Source: Isurus oxyrinchus
Lineage: Eukaryota
Direction of reading: 5' to 3'
DNA length: 64,000 bases
NCBI GenBank assembly: GCA_026770705.1
Contig: JANJGN010000022.1
Coordinates: 56,978,001 to 57,042,000 of the forward strand
Position 1 is the stretch's first letter. Each line of letters begins with the position of its first letter. The notes beneath the pieces are model-generated. The model searched no databases, had not been told where the DNA came from, and saw only the letters and a list, made by a program, of their open reading frames with translations. The translations under genes and the position numbers were made by a program. This document shows positions 13,660-25,804 of this stretch, one piece after another.

Positions 13660-14262
13660 TGAGGGACTGAGGGCATGGTTGCTAAATTTCTGCTGAAACA
13701 ATGGTAGGCAGGAAAGTAAGTTATCAAGAGGACATAAGGAGGCTACAAAGGGGTATAGATAGGATAAGTGACTGTGCAAAGATCTGGCAAATGGAATATA
13801 ATGTGAAATTGTCCAATTTGGAAGGAAGAATAAAAAAGAAGCATTTAGAGATTGCAGAGTTCTGAGATGCTGAGGGATCTGGGTGTCCTATTGCATGAAT
13901 TGCAAAAGGTTAGTATGCAGATACGGGAAGTAATTAGGAAAGCTAATAAAATGTTATACTTTATTGAGAGAAAAATTGAATACAAAAGTAGAGAGGTTAG
14001 ACTTCAATTATACATTGGTGAGACCACATCTGGAGCACTGTGTACAGCATTGGTCTCCTTATTTAAGGAAATATGTAAATGCATTGGAAGCAGTTCAGAG
14101 AAGGTTTACTAGACTAATACCTGGAATGGGCGGGTTGTCTTATGAGGAAGGGTTGGACAAACTGGGCTTATTTCCATCAGAGTTTAGAAGAGTGAGGGGT
14201 GACTTAACTGAAGTATATAAGATCCTGAACGGTCTTGACAAGGTAGATGTGGGAAGGATATT
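13660..14262 (+). mobile_element. CR1 LINE ORF2 fragment
   Basis: LRDLGV and TLVRPHLEHCVQHWSPYLRKYVNALEAVQRRFTRLIPG. Confidence 0.9.
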
Positions 14263-14325
14263 CAAATGGCACCTGTGCAGAGCTTTGTCAATGTCTGCAG
14301 CCCAGGACTGCCACAGGTGAGAAAG

Positions 14326-14562
14326 ATGGCACCAAAAGGGAAGAAGAGAGCCGAATTCAGTGATGCTTTCCTGAAATGCCTACTGGATACAGACGAGGCC
14401 CGCTGTGATGTCCCCTACCCCTGTGATGGCCGGAGGAGGTCCACCAACCTCACCACTCTGGCTTAGCAGATGGTAGCAGCGGTGGTCAGTGCCAACACAG
14501 CACAGCAGAGGTCAGCCATCCAGTGCAGAAAGAGGATGAATTATCTCATCCATGCTGCTAAG
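14326..14562 (+). pseudogene. Harbinger Myb/SANT-like DNA-binding protein, exon 1 (premature TAG)
   Basis: MAPKGKKRAEFSDAFLKCLLD...LA*QMVAAVVSANTAQQRSAIQCRKRMNYLIHAAK followed by gtaagt. The TAG at 14464 sits where a Trp is expected. Further acceptors occur at ~14823 and ~15072. Confidence 0.8.
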
Positions 14563-15419
14563 GTAAGTCAACTATCTCATCACTCACAAATCACACACTC
14601 ACCAGTCCATCACACGTTCACTGGCATCCCACACACTGCCAGCTCAAAGAACATCACCACTCTCTTTCTCTCACATACCCTCAATTCTTCACCTGACCTC
14701 ATACCCTCTGCATTTCACATCCTCATCCTGTCCATGGCTACACTCACCACCCATAAATGGCAGGCACCTTATCATCTGCTTTGGCACACGTCCTGCTCAC
14801 ACTCTCCATCTGTCTTCTTGCAGACAAGTTCGCACACAATCAAAGGGAGAGGTCTCAGACTGAAATCAAGGTCCTCGCTCCCTAGGAGAATCGAGTCATT
14901 GTGCTGGCCGGAGAGCACATGGACCGGGGCCTGTGCTGATGGTGAGGTGGGCAGTGCACACCCAAGTGAGGATCCTGCACCAGCTCATCCCTCAGACAAA
15001 CATACTGTGAGTGCTTTGTCCTGTTTTAGAGTCGCCTGCCATGCACTAATTATCCCTCCTTTCTTTCATAGGCACTTCTGAAAAGTGCCCGAGGACACCC
15101 ACAAGCCAAGCCCTCAGTTCCAGCACTGACAACACCTCGGATGAGGAACCGGAGGAGAGCACCGTAGAAGACCCATCACAGCCCCCACCCACACCCTCCA
15201 GCATTGCAGAGACACACACCTCCAGAGTAGCCTCAGGGTCACGATCTGGTGAGCACAGCACACAATCTGATCCATAAAAGCTGGAGGCAGGGATGCCTGA
15301 GATTCTGGGCACTCAAGGGACTGTTGGAGGCCAGGAATCTGCGGAGTCTGAGTCAGATGACGAGCCTGCGAACTCGGTCCTATGTCAATTGACGGAGCTG
15401 CAGTGACAATCATGGGAAC

Positions 15420-16320
15420 ATCAGCAGCACCAGGTTGTGCAGCGCACAGCAAGCCACGATGATCTGTGAAACCCTCTGGGGAATGTACTGGGGTGCTCCA
15501 CCGGATCTGTCCAGGCATCGGAATCGCATCGTTAGGATCCCTACGGTGTGCTCCACTAGTGTTTGGGTAGCAGCATGAGCCTCATTGTACCTTCTCTCTG
15601 CAGGAGTCTGAGGCCACTGTATGAGCCTCATCAGCCATGTCCTTTGCAGGTACCCTGTGTAACTGAGGGCCCTACCCTAGATCCTGTGTGGTCCCTCGAA
15701 GGTGTCTGGGATCTCCGATATACTCAAGATGTATGAGTTGTGGTCGCTTCCTTTGGTACCTGGCACAAACCTGCATTATAAGTTTTTTATGGATGCAGAC
15801 CAACTGCCCATTGAGCGAGTGGTAGCCTTTTCTGTTTGTGGAAAGTTGGAGTGCCTGTTGCCAGGGAGCTTTTACAGCCACGAGTGCAGTTGATGGCACC
15901 CTGCACCCGAGTGAATCTGGAAATCTCTGCAAAGCCCAGTGCTCTGGTGTCCTGGCGTGCTTGATCTCTGTTGCAGTTGACGCAATTGTGGGCTTTGGTA
16001 AAAAAGGGCGTCTGTCACCTCATGTCTGCATTTGTGAGTGGATGTCTGAGAGATCCCGCAGAGGTCCCCAGTGGAGCCCTGAAGGAGCCACTGGTATAGG
16101 AGTTGAGTGCTGCCATTACTTTCAGAGCCACTGGCAATGGATGTTTTCCCAGTCCCTGTGGTGCCAATTCCTGGAGAATGTGGAAAATGTGAGTCACCAG
16201 ATCGCTGGACATTTGGAGGCGTCGGTGACACTGGCTCTCATTCATCCGCAGATGAGACATGCCAGTTCTGTAGACTCTGGGTCCTGCCAGCCGCCTGCCC
16301 ACAAGATTTCTTTCAGCCTC
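15420..16320 (-). pseudogene. Harbinger (HARBI1-like) DDE transposase, frameshifted
   Basis: HPLPVALKVMAALNSYTSGSF, NRKGYHSLNGQLVC, PQTPAERRYNEAHAAT..VEHTVGILTMRFRCLD and IIVACCALHNL, spread across several frames. Confidence 0.9.
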
Positions 16321-18407
16321 ATCCTCTGCACCGGGACAGGGCCTGGCTGGCCCTCGGTCTTGAGGGTTTTGCTCCTCACTTTGACAAGCCAGGCACCTCC
16401 ATCACAATCTTTTCCTTCTTCTCTCCTACCGTAAGCTAGAATACAGCAGCTATAAATCCAGACTCCATCTTCCTAATGGTCTCCTCTCTGCAGCATCAGT
16501 GAGAAAGAGACAAGAGTCAGCATTAGACTCCAAACATGCTCTTTCTGTCAATGACTGGTCAGTGACTGTGGGTTCAAGGGCTTTGCTTCTGTGCCGGCAA
16601 CTACTTGCCCCTGAAATGATGGCCAGTGTCGCATGCATTTCAAGATGTTTCCTCCCAGTTCCCTTGACATGACCCATGACCGACTGCTATGAGATTGCTT
16701 TGGCCAGGGGCTTGTATGTGCTGTCCAGACGCTGGGATTCCCATTCACTGCACTCTAATATCATACTATTAAACATGAGGGTAAACATGAGGGTAAATAT
16801 TTAGTCAGGAAATGAGATTATTTAAGAGGGGCCTGAGGCTTCTCTTCTGTGAACTGTCATGCTTCAGAAGCATGTTAGAATCATTTACCCAACTGCTCTG
16901 GAGTTTATTGTCACTCTGGAGAAAGTCCATACTGCAGAACAAGAGGTCAAAACAAAGAGATCGATCAGTGCCACTCATTCTCGCATGAATGAGCATCATT
17001 GCTTCACTTTCCTGATTCCCTGCATTGTCATTGAAAGGCTCCTAACATAACTCAGCTGTGCCTCTCTCCTCATTTGGGAATACACAGTTCAGTTGGGTGC
17101 CCCTTTAATCGCCCACCTCCCACCCTAGTGCACCTACCCTCCAATCCATCCTCAGAGCCCTCACCAGCAAAGTATCGCCTCATTTTAATTTTGCACTGCA
17201 TAATCGTTAAGATTGGAAGATGGTGATGCTGAGCTTTCACTATCAGACCAACTTGGACCCTCCCAATGTGATCATGGAAACCCCTTGCATCGCCCCGGTG
17301 GAGCTTAATGTTCAGGTTCCCTCTCTCACCGGCCTCTCAATCCCTCCCTGTATTCCTTCAACCCATTGTGATTGTGGTGGAACCCGTTTGTTAGTTCCTG
17401 AATGTTTTGAGTTGGATGTGTCTATGCCAGTGGTCCTCACTCCTCCCCATCTTGAGACCATTGCACAGTTAAACATATAACCCCACCCCCACCATACACC
17501 CTCGGATACTCCCACAATGCCTTTTCCCCATCTGTAGGCTGCAGATGCCTCCCCTGAATGTGCCATCTCCGGCCAGTATGACAGAGACCAAATCATGTGA
17601 TGTTACGACAATGCCCTGCGCAGAACATGCTGGGCACGACTGAGCCTGGATTGACAGGCCCTCCCTTTCCCTGGCCTGGGCCAAGGACAGTCTTTGCAAG
17701 TTCAACTATGTAAACTGAAGCATTTTTCACTCAGCGCTCCTCCCATTCTGGCCCCAGGTGGCTTCTGTCTTTCTGTAACATAGTCTCTCCACATCCTGGC
17801 TCTGAGGACTCTAAACCCCCTGCACCTTCCCCACCCCCAGTCATGTGCCTCTGTGCAGCCTTCCCCACTCATACCTCCCAGTACAGCCGTGGGCCTGCAG
17901 TCCCCTTCCCATGCCTACGGCCACTTACCCCTACTTTCCCAGATCAGCCCTAACCCTGCAGCCCATTAAAAGCCACCCCTGCCTTCCCGTTGGTCTGGTA
18001 GGTAGAGACTTGCCTCTGACACCCCCTGAATGTGATGTGCTGCTGCCTGGAAAGCCTGGCATTGATTACCCTGATGCAAAGGTAGGCGAATGAACCTTGA
18101 AGTCATGAGCAAGGCACGGGTTGTCGGGTGCACATCGCTTATATACTGCTCTAATTGTATGCCAATATACCCAGATGATCCAGGGATGATGATTCCAGGG
18201 AGGAGTCCTTATAATGAGATGCAAATATATTGAGATGACATTCCCGATGTACCACAGTGGGAAATGCAGCCCACCACTGAAGGCCACAGCGCACAATCGT
18301 GAACAAGTTTTCCGATGCCTTAAAACCGGCAATTAGCCTTCCGACAACATTTCCTGCTCCCACCCACAATGAAGGCCACGGCAAACGGGAACAGGAAATC
18401 CTGGCCT

Positions 18408-18590
18408 TTGATTATTTTTAAGGAAGAATTAGATAGACTCTGGATAAGCAAGGTGGATGGAAGGCTATCGGGGGTACGTTGGGAATGTGATGTTCACGTT
18501 ACAATCAGATCAGCCATGATCTTATTGAATGGTGGAGCAGGCTCGAGGGGCTGAGTGGCCTACTCCTGCTCCTAATTCATATGTTCGTAG
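18408..18590 (+). mobile_element. CR1 LINE 3' tail
   Basis: cagatcagccatgatcttattgaatggtggagcaggctcgaggggctgagtggcctactcctgctcc, similar to 50100-50170. Confidence 0.8.
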
Positions 18591-18797
18591 TGAACCCTAT
18601 GTCTGTAATACATGCTGATCTATATCAATGCAGGAGATGGACAAAAGTGGGTGTGAAGGTTTCCTTGAGATGTTAGAACACTTGCATTCCCAAACCACAC
18701 CCTCCTACCCTCAAAGCTGTGTGTGGAGGTCAAGAATCTGATGACCTGTCTCTCATGAAGCAGCAGTATGGCCAAGGGCTGAAGTTGTTTAGGGAGG

Positions 18798-18982
18798 CAA
18801 AAACAGAAAATGCAGGTAAATCTCAGCAGGTCTAACAGCATCTGTGGAGTTAAGGTTTCAAGTTCATATGACTCTTCTTCATCTGAAGAAGAATCATTCA
18901 CACTGGAAACCTTAACTCTGTTTCTCTCTCCACTTGCTGAGATTTTCCAGCATTTTCTGTTTTTGTTTCAGATTTCCAGCAT
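18798..18982. mobile_element. Degenerate palindromic Penelope-end mini-element
   Basis: Inverted arms (ctcagcaggtc / gctgagattttccagc) around ctgaagaagaatc...gaaaccttaact. Confidence 0.75.
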
Positions 18983-19180
18983 TGTCATTCGTTATTTGAA
19001 TTGTTACTCGAATTGTTATTTGCTATTTCTTTGTAACTAGTAGCTCCCACGATTCAAGAGGAGACATCATCGATGCAAACGTGTATTCAATTGACAGTGC
19101 CTTTGTTGGGTCAGGCCCATCCCATCAACTTTGGCATATGGCAGCACCTGCCAGTGCAAAAGCAGCAGGGTTTCTATTAA

Positions 19181-19325
19181 TATAAAATAAAATACTGCAG
19201 ATGCTGGAAATCTAGAACAAAAACAAAAATACCTGGAAAAACTCAGCAGGTCTGACAGCATCTGCGGAGGGGGAGACAGTTGACATTTTGAGTCCGTACG
19301 ACCCTTCATCAGAACTAAGACATAA
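19181..19325 (-). mobile_element. Single Penelope 3'-end copy with HHR-like motif
   Basis: The minus strand reads AGTT-CTGATGA-A-GGGTC-GTACG-GACTC-AAAAT-GTC-AACT. 11-bp TSD GTTTCTATTAA at 19170-19180 and 19326-19336. Confidence 0.85.
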
Positions 19326-22300
19326 GTTTCTATTAAAATGCAGCCCCCCAAGATATAGAAGAGGGTTGTACTCTCAGTACAATTCAGGCACCATCCAGAA
19401 ATGTTTGACTTCTTTAAATTAATTCATTCTTTCAATGTTCAGATGGATTCTGACCACTGACTTCAGAACATGCCCATTTCCCTAGGAATACTCATGCCTC
19501 ATACCAATCACTGAGCTCTGTCAAGGGGAGGAAGACTCCCTGACTAGCGGTGACTGGCTGCCAGAATGGGGTAACATGGCATCTGTGTCTATCCATGCAC
19601 CAGGGCTGACAAGTGAGACAGATATGAATGTTAGTCAAACAGGCTTTCAACTTGTTCAAAAGGCAATTCAAGCTCTTGGATTGTTCTGGAAGTGACCTCC
19701 TGTATGGCATAAAGAGGTGGCCAAAATAGCGATGGTGCGTAGCATTTAGCAATAGCATTGCCACAGACACTGACAAGAATGCTGGCTGTCCGGTAGACAA
19801 TTGCAACAAGTGGGTGTTGGGTGGAAACTGAAAAATAGCATGGCAGTAAACAGAAATCTCTCGCACTGTCTTTTACACGGTATTCAGATGGACAGCTTGT
19901 GGTTTGTTTCTGAGATCAAATTTCACCTTTGTCTAGGCTTTAATCAGTCAAGTTTACAGAGTAAAGTTAAAATTACCAGAACACATTTAAGAGATGGATT
20001 TTACTTCTGGTGATTGTATTCATATGTGACCTACTGGTTACCACTTTCCACATTGCCCCACAAGTCCACCTTTCTCTACCATATTATGTGGTTTATTTAG
20101 TCCTGTTAATACCTTACACTTTTTGTGAAAAATTATTCACGTGCACAGGCTTATGTGTTACAATGCCATAAGACATAAGTCACCCATCTTCACTCTCCAA
20201 ATGCCACAGTGTGATTCAGGTTTCTGCTGAACAATCTGCAAGAGGTGGGAAGGTAAAACTGCAAGGTAATTATAACCAAAGCTGTTCTTGTATTGATTCG
20301 AAACGTGCTGCAGAAGCATATCTTGGGAGACAAGCTTAACCACAGAGATGGTGAAAATATTTGGAGCTTTTTTCAAGAGTGTGCCTTTATTACAAAATTT
20401 ATGGACAGCATTTACTGCAAGGAGACAAATACCTTCAAGCTTTAGTGAATAGTTGCTACTTGAATAGGAAGAGTTTCAAAAAGCCAACCGAAGCACAGAT
20501 TTAAATCCCACTCATTCATGGGAGAAGGCAGGGGTGGGGACACTGAGCGTCGAGGCAGTTCCTGGGATCATGTTTGCCAGTCTCCACCAGGTCGTCTCAA
20601 GCAGGGTGGGAAAAATGTCTGGGGAGCAACTTTCTGCATCGTCCTTAACAAATCTCCTACAGCAACCAAGAAGCAGCTTCATAGCATCTGGAGAGACTGT
20701 CTGCCAGCTGGACAACACCCTGGCCAAGCAGGATATTGTGGACAGAAAGGGATGACACCAGAAAAGAAAAATAGACACGAAGAAATAAAATCAACTGTTT
20801 TTCCTAACGTACGGTACATCACTGACACTTGCTGGGTGATTTTTTTTTGTACATTCAAGATTTTAAATGCCGCGATCTTGCTCATTAAGTCAGGAAGACA
20901 TTAAAAAATTCAGGATTTAATTTGCGTAGCCACGCTGGAATTTCTTTGTTCTGTGAAAGGTTTTATTTTATTTTGTATCAAAACAAGAAGTAAAACACTC
21001 CACTGGCTTTAAAATGCAAATTGTGGAAAGTCTTTTGAGATTGTTGCTGTTTTGTGGGGACAATCAATGTAGAGGCAGAGGTTCAGTGTCCTATTTATGG
21101 CAGCAAAAGGCCCACATGCTTGAGTGGAAGGAACAAGCTCCAGGGATCAGCATGGCATCAGCAGAGTACATGCATTCTATTGTTTGTATTGAGTAGATAC
21201 TCTCAGCAGGAGTCCATGGCTCCAAGTACAAAACCATTGAGGCAATATCTGTTCACCTTCCCAAATGAAAGACTTGCATAATGCAAACTCTTTTCCTAGA
21301 GAAAAAGAGAAGGGTTTATAGTGTTTTTAATATCCTGGACCCCTACCAAAAATTTTCACGAGTATGTGAGAAAATCTTTCCATCAAAGTTTTAATTTGAA
21401 GATCAGTTTCATTGGCTTCTTGGGACCGCTTATAATAAAATTGAACTTGTTAAAAAGTTTTTGATAAAAATGGTCCCTTTTTCAAACACCACTTTCATGT
21501 GACCCCAAGGCTGAACCTGTAATGAAATTCTAATGCATCCATTTTTCATTTTTTCCATTCTATCCTCAAGTTTGGCAAGATAGCACACACAGACTATATT
21601 GCTGATATTTAATCTTGGTAGACAGATTTGTACAGATTGATTCCAGATTTTGTTCATGGCTTGATTTAATCCTAAAATATACTGTTTGCATAGAGCCTGC
21701 TCATATGATTCTGGAGTTCAATCCAGTAGCACATCACTGTTAAGTCAGCAATGTTCATCTCTCTGCAGGATGACACTCCAATTATCTTCCCTAATTACCA
21801 GGGCAGTTCAGCTAATCTCCAATTGGTATTCAATGTGGTCTGACTAAATTTATTTTTTAAACCTTTTTTAAAAAAAAATCTGCAGGCTAAAGCAGCTGTG
21901 TAAAATTACCTCGTCTGCACAAGTTAAACTTATTTCTACATTACTTTTTAATGTAATATTCTCCATGGGCACATAATTATTTGGTTCCTCATGATGGTGC
22001 TTCGCCATTTTATCACAGTAGCTTTCTGAATAATAAGATGTGATTATTGCCGCGGAACTGAGATGAAGAGGAGTTATTTATTCCATTTTCCTAATATTAG
22101 CTGAAAGAAGTTATTATTTGGAATCCAAAGTAATTCTTAACCAATTACCTTATAACTATCAATAATGCATTTAATCATATTCATGCAGCTGATCTAGTTC
22201 ATTTGAGTTGATTGATCATCCCCGTTTAATTTATTTGAGACTATTAATTTTCTATCCTGTTCAGGCAGTCAGTCACAGTTGGTGTAAACCCATTGATCTC

Positions 22301-22569
22301 CTACCCTGTTTAAGCAGCTAATTCCCAGCAAACCAGGGTAAATGCAATAAGCACTGAACTGAAAACTTGAACTGAAACCACCTGAAATCAAGCAATTTGA
22401 ATTCGGTCAAAAAAAGCCTGCCCTTCCACTATTCGGATGGTTTCAATTTTATCAAAATGATCATTTCATTGTCCCTCCTGGGAGATTGCCAATTGAACAA
22501 GGTACTTAAAAAGAGAAGGTTCAGTGATATGAGTTCTAATGTGGTGCCCTGTTCCCACAGATAAAATTA

Positions 22570-22690
22570 AATGCATTTATATAGTGCCTTATCATCCCAT
22601 CAGGATGTCCCAAAGGGCTTTACACCAATTGGATAACTTTTGATGTTCAGTCAGTTATGTAGGAATGTACAGAGCCAGTTGGTATACAGG
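22570..22690 (-). mobile_element. Deu/SacSINE-like SINE 3' tail
   Basis: gcatttatatagtgcc...caggatgtcccaaag, the reverse complement of the 3608-3840 tail. Confidence 0.55.
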
Positions 22691-22836
22691 GACTGCAAAT
22701 TTTGTATTGTTGTGCAGGCCTGCTCAGTTAACAGTGGGCCACTGCCTCTGAAAGCAATGAATGTGTAGCAATTTAGCAATGCAGACCTCATCACTGATCC
22801 AGTTGCTTCAAGTTTATCTGTGAATACACGTTTAAG

Positions 22837-23110
22837 GAGGTCTTGTGGTGCAGTGGGTAGCGTCCCTGCCTCTGAGCTGGAAGCTCTGGGTTTGAGTCCC
22901 ACCCCAGGACTTAATGGCCAAGCAAAGTGTGTTCATAACACAGCCAATCAGGTTAATTATCAACCTGCAAATCCTTCCAACACATGGCAGCTGGTAAGAG
23001 TGGGAGAGATCCCTGGTCAGCCTTGTGATGGAAAGAATGTTGGAGCCGTTACCTTCGCTATTTATAGCTCCGGACCACAACATGCATCCGGATCGCCAGG
23101 TGAAACTGCC
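22837..23110 (+). mobile_element. tRNA-derived SINE
   Basis: A-box tggtgcagtgg and B-box ggtttgagtcc, followed by a non-tRNA body. Confidence 0.65.
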
Positions 23111-23569
23111 CTGTTCTTGTTGTATTATTAAACCTAATTTCCATGTTAAGTGGGCCTGTTGCCTGGCTTATGCCGGTGCTCTGACAGCCCTGCGGAAGGC
23201 TGAGCGGAAGATTGTGGTGATCAGAGCAATGCACAATCAGGGAATGTCAACTGGCATCAATTCTGGGCAATATAACCCTGTGTAAGTTGGGTAAGAGGCC
23301 ATGGAATCTACGCCATAGTTTTAGAAAACAGAAAATATGTAAATTGTGAGGATAAATAATTATACTATCCTTGGAATGCATTTGTGATTCTTTATTAAAT
23401 TAGATCAGAAATCCCCTGCTCAATAAATGAAAGTATTTGGTTGGGCCGGGTTCCAGATCATTTGTCAACTCAAGAAGTAGAATTGAGGTTTGGTTTAATT
23501 TTTAAGTGATTGAAAGGAGCTCACAAGGAAGTTTGGACATTGTTATTGCGCAAGTTATTAAAAAGAAAA

Positions 23570-23970
23570 ACTTGGAGTTATACAGCCTTTTTCATGGTTT
23601 CACAGTGTAGGAAGCACGTTGCTGTTGGGATGTAATCATTGCCATGACACAGCAGCCGATTTATGCCCAGCAAACTCCCATAAACAGCAATAAAATGAAT
23701 GACCAGAAATCTGTTTTTAGGAATAAATATTGACCAGATGCGAGGACTCCCCTGCTCGTGTTTGGATACTGTGGGATCTTTCACGTCCACCTGAGATGGC
23801 AGGCAGGGCCTCAGTTTAACATCTCCTCCAAAAGCCAGAACTTCCAACAGTGCAGCATTCCCTCAGTACCGCACTGACGTGCCGGCCTAGGTTTTGTGCT
23901 CAAGTCTCAAGAGTGGGGCCAGGGCTGACAACCTCCAGACGCAGTGACAAGAATGCTGCTGAGACAAGGC
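23570..23970 (-). mobile_element. Deu/SacSINE-like SINE, near full length
   Basis: cagcaaactcccataaacagcaa...gggatctttcacgtccacctgaga...acagtgcagcattccctcagtaccgcactg, homologous to the 3608 copy. Confidence 0.7.
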
Positions 23971-24171
23971 TAACACCCATGTACATGGTCTGGCAAACAG
24001 ATCACTTATAGAACCTATCCGATTCTGTTGTGGTTCATTCGGATGTGGACGTGCCTGAATATTCAGTTCCGTTATTTTACAACATTTGTGAAGTTGACTG
24101 TATCACTTCTAATTTCTTATATCTATATAAAGACATACATTCCATATTGAGGTGTCAGATACGAACACATT

Positions 24172-24874
24172 GGGCAGGATGTTTTGCCCAGCGGTCAGGC
24201 GTGTGCCTGATCTGCTCGAGCATATATTGACATGTGATGATGTCGGGCAAGCGTCCCGATGTCATCGCGCACTTGCGCAATATTTCAGTTGGTGGGCGCG
24301 TGCAGGAATCGGCCCTGCACCTGCCGACAATTAAAAGGCCTATTAAGGCCATTGAAAATGCAACTGAATTCAATTTTTCACCTTACGGTTGGCCAGCAGG
24401 TGAAAAGGGCCAAATGGCCTTTGCATTTTTTACGAAACCTCATCCACAGGTGGGATGAAGTTTCGATCCGTCATTAGAAAAAAAAAATTCATCCTAATTT
24501 CTAACATGTCCCTGCTCATGTGACAGAGTCACCTTGGTCCTTGGTGGGGTGGGGAGGGGGGGGTGGCGGGGAACATTTTTCTAGCATTTTAAAAATCCTT
24601 ATATTTAATATTCAAAACTCTCGTCTCCCTGAGGCAGCTCTGTGCCTCAGGGAGCTTTTCCAGTGCGCACCCGCGTGCACGGTGTGAATTTGCGCCCTCG
24701 CCTCCTCCCCACCTCCCCACACAGGCAGCACTGAGTGCTGAAACACGCGTTTCATGCTGGGCAGGCCTTACTTGGCCCACCAGCGTGAAACCGCGGTCCG
24801 CTCCCGATCGTGGGTGGCGGTTGACTTCTGACCACTCCCGTCCGAGCCCCCCAGATGAGGGAAAAATCCTGGCC
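24172..24874 (+). mobile_element. Non-autonomous Harbinger-type MITE (~700 bp)
   Basis: Imperfect TIRs gggcaggat / atcctggcc. Colinear in reverse orientation with 55421-56119 (shared aaacctcatccac.gg..ggatga core). Confidence 0.75.
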
Positions 24875-24876
24875 AC

Positions 24877-25000
24877 GAGTTAGGAGCAGGAGTAGGCCGC
24901 TCGGCCCTTCAAGCCTCCTCCGCCAGTCAATGAGATCATGGTTGATCTGATTGTAATCTCAACTCCACATTCCTGCCTATCCCCGATAACTTTTCACTCC
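24877..25000 (-). mobile_element. CR1 3' tail
   Basis: ttaggagcaggagtaggcc...gatcatggttgatctgattgtaa is the reverse complement of the 18500-18580 tail. Confidence 0.75.
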
Positions 25001-25154
25001 AATTGTATGCCAGTAATGTAGAGATCACAGTATACCATGTTTTTTCTTCTGATTTCTAGCATCCACGGTATTTTGCTTTTATTTTATGTCAGATTATAAG
25101 ATCCTTTATACTTATAAGGTACAATCCAAAAATTTTAACTCAAGGCATTTTACA

Positions 25155-25804
25155 TGCCTAAACCTTTCTTCTTGCACTCATCAGGACACTTGCAAGAATA
25201 CCAATATAAGGAGAAAACAACTGTATGTGAAGAGAGTGCTGATTGGTTGGCAAATGGTGTTGTGCTGGAGAATGCACCAGCAATGGTGACTAATAGTTAA
25301 CTGCCAAATATTGTTTGAAATTTAAGCCAGGCAGCTTGAACCTGATTGGTCCAAGCCTTGCCCTGGGGAATGAGTCGACAAATGCCTGTCACTTATTTTG
25401 TTGAGCTGAAACAGACACAATGTGTGTACATATTCTTTCTGCCTGCAAAGAACAGAAAAGTGTCCTGTGTATTAATATAAGTAGCTTCCAGTACATGCAA
25501 ATGTGCCATATTATGAGCCCGGCTGACATTGTCATGTAGTAGTACAGAATGTGAGTATTGTTGAGAAAAGAGACATGTCGAAGTTTTTGTTCTTGCACTC
25601 ATCAGGACACTTGCAAGAATACCAATATAAGGGGAAAACATCAATTTATACTCTATGTGAAGAGAGTGCTGATTGTTGGCAAGTAGCATTGCCATGGAGA
25701 ATGCACCTTAATGATGACTGACAGTTAACTGTCAAGCATTGTTTGAAATTTAAACCAGGCAGCTTGACCCTGATTGGTCAAGGCATTGCCCTGAGGAATG
25801 AGTC
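25155..25804 (-). mobile_element. Penelope-like element fragment, second family: ORF C-terminus between two ~220-bp direct repeats (pseudo-LTRs)
   Basis: Direct repeats at 25155-25376 and 25576-25804. The - strand gives VSRAHNMAHLHVLEATYINTQ (GIY-YIG C-terminal-like). Each repeat carries a TGTC-CTGATGA-GTGCAAG motif. Confidence 0.75.

Larger units (their letters stand above)
14265..18405. mobile_element. PIF/Harbinger DNA transposon, decayed, with two convergent genes
   Basis: Spliced Myb/SANT gene on + and HARBI1-like DDE transposase on -. The right end ...ggaaatcctggcc matches the MITE end at 24874. Confidence 0.85.

Noticed and set aside
14470-15081. 203-aa ORF as a real protein
   Set aside because: It reads through the C/A-rich intron of the Harbinger Myb gene, and only the first ~31 aa are coding-derived.
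15410-16434. Domesticated HARBI1 host gene
   Set aside because: It has multiple frameshifts and is paired with a stop-containing Myb/SANT gene and a TIR, so it is a dead transposon copy.
22837-22910. tRNA gene (also 28100-28177, 51130-51208, 54070-54130)
   Set aside because: A/B boxes are present but there is no intact cloverleaf, and each continues into a SINE body.
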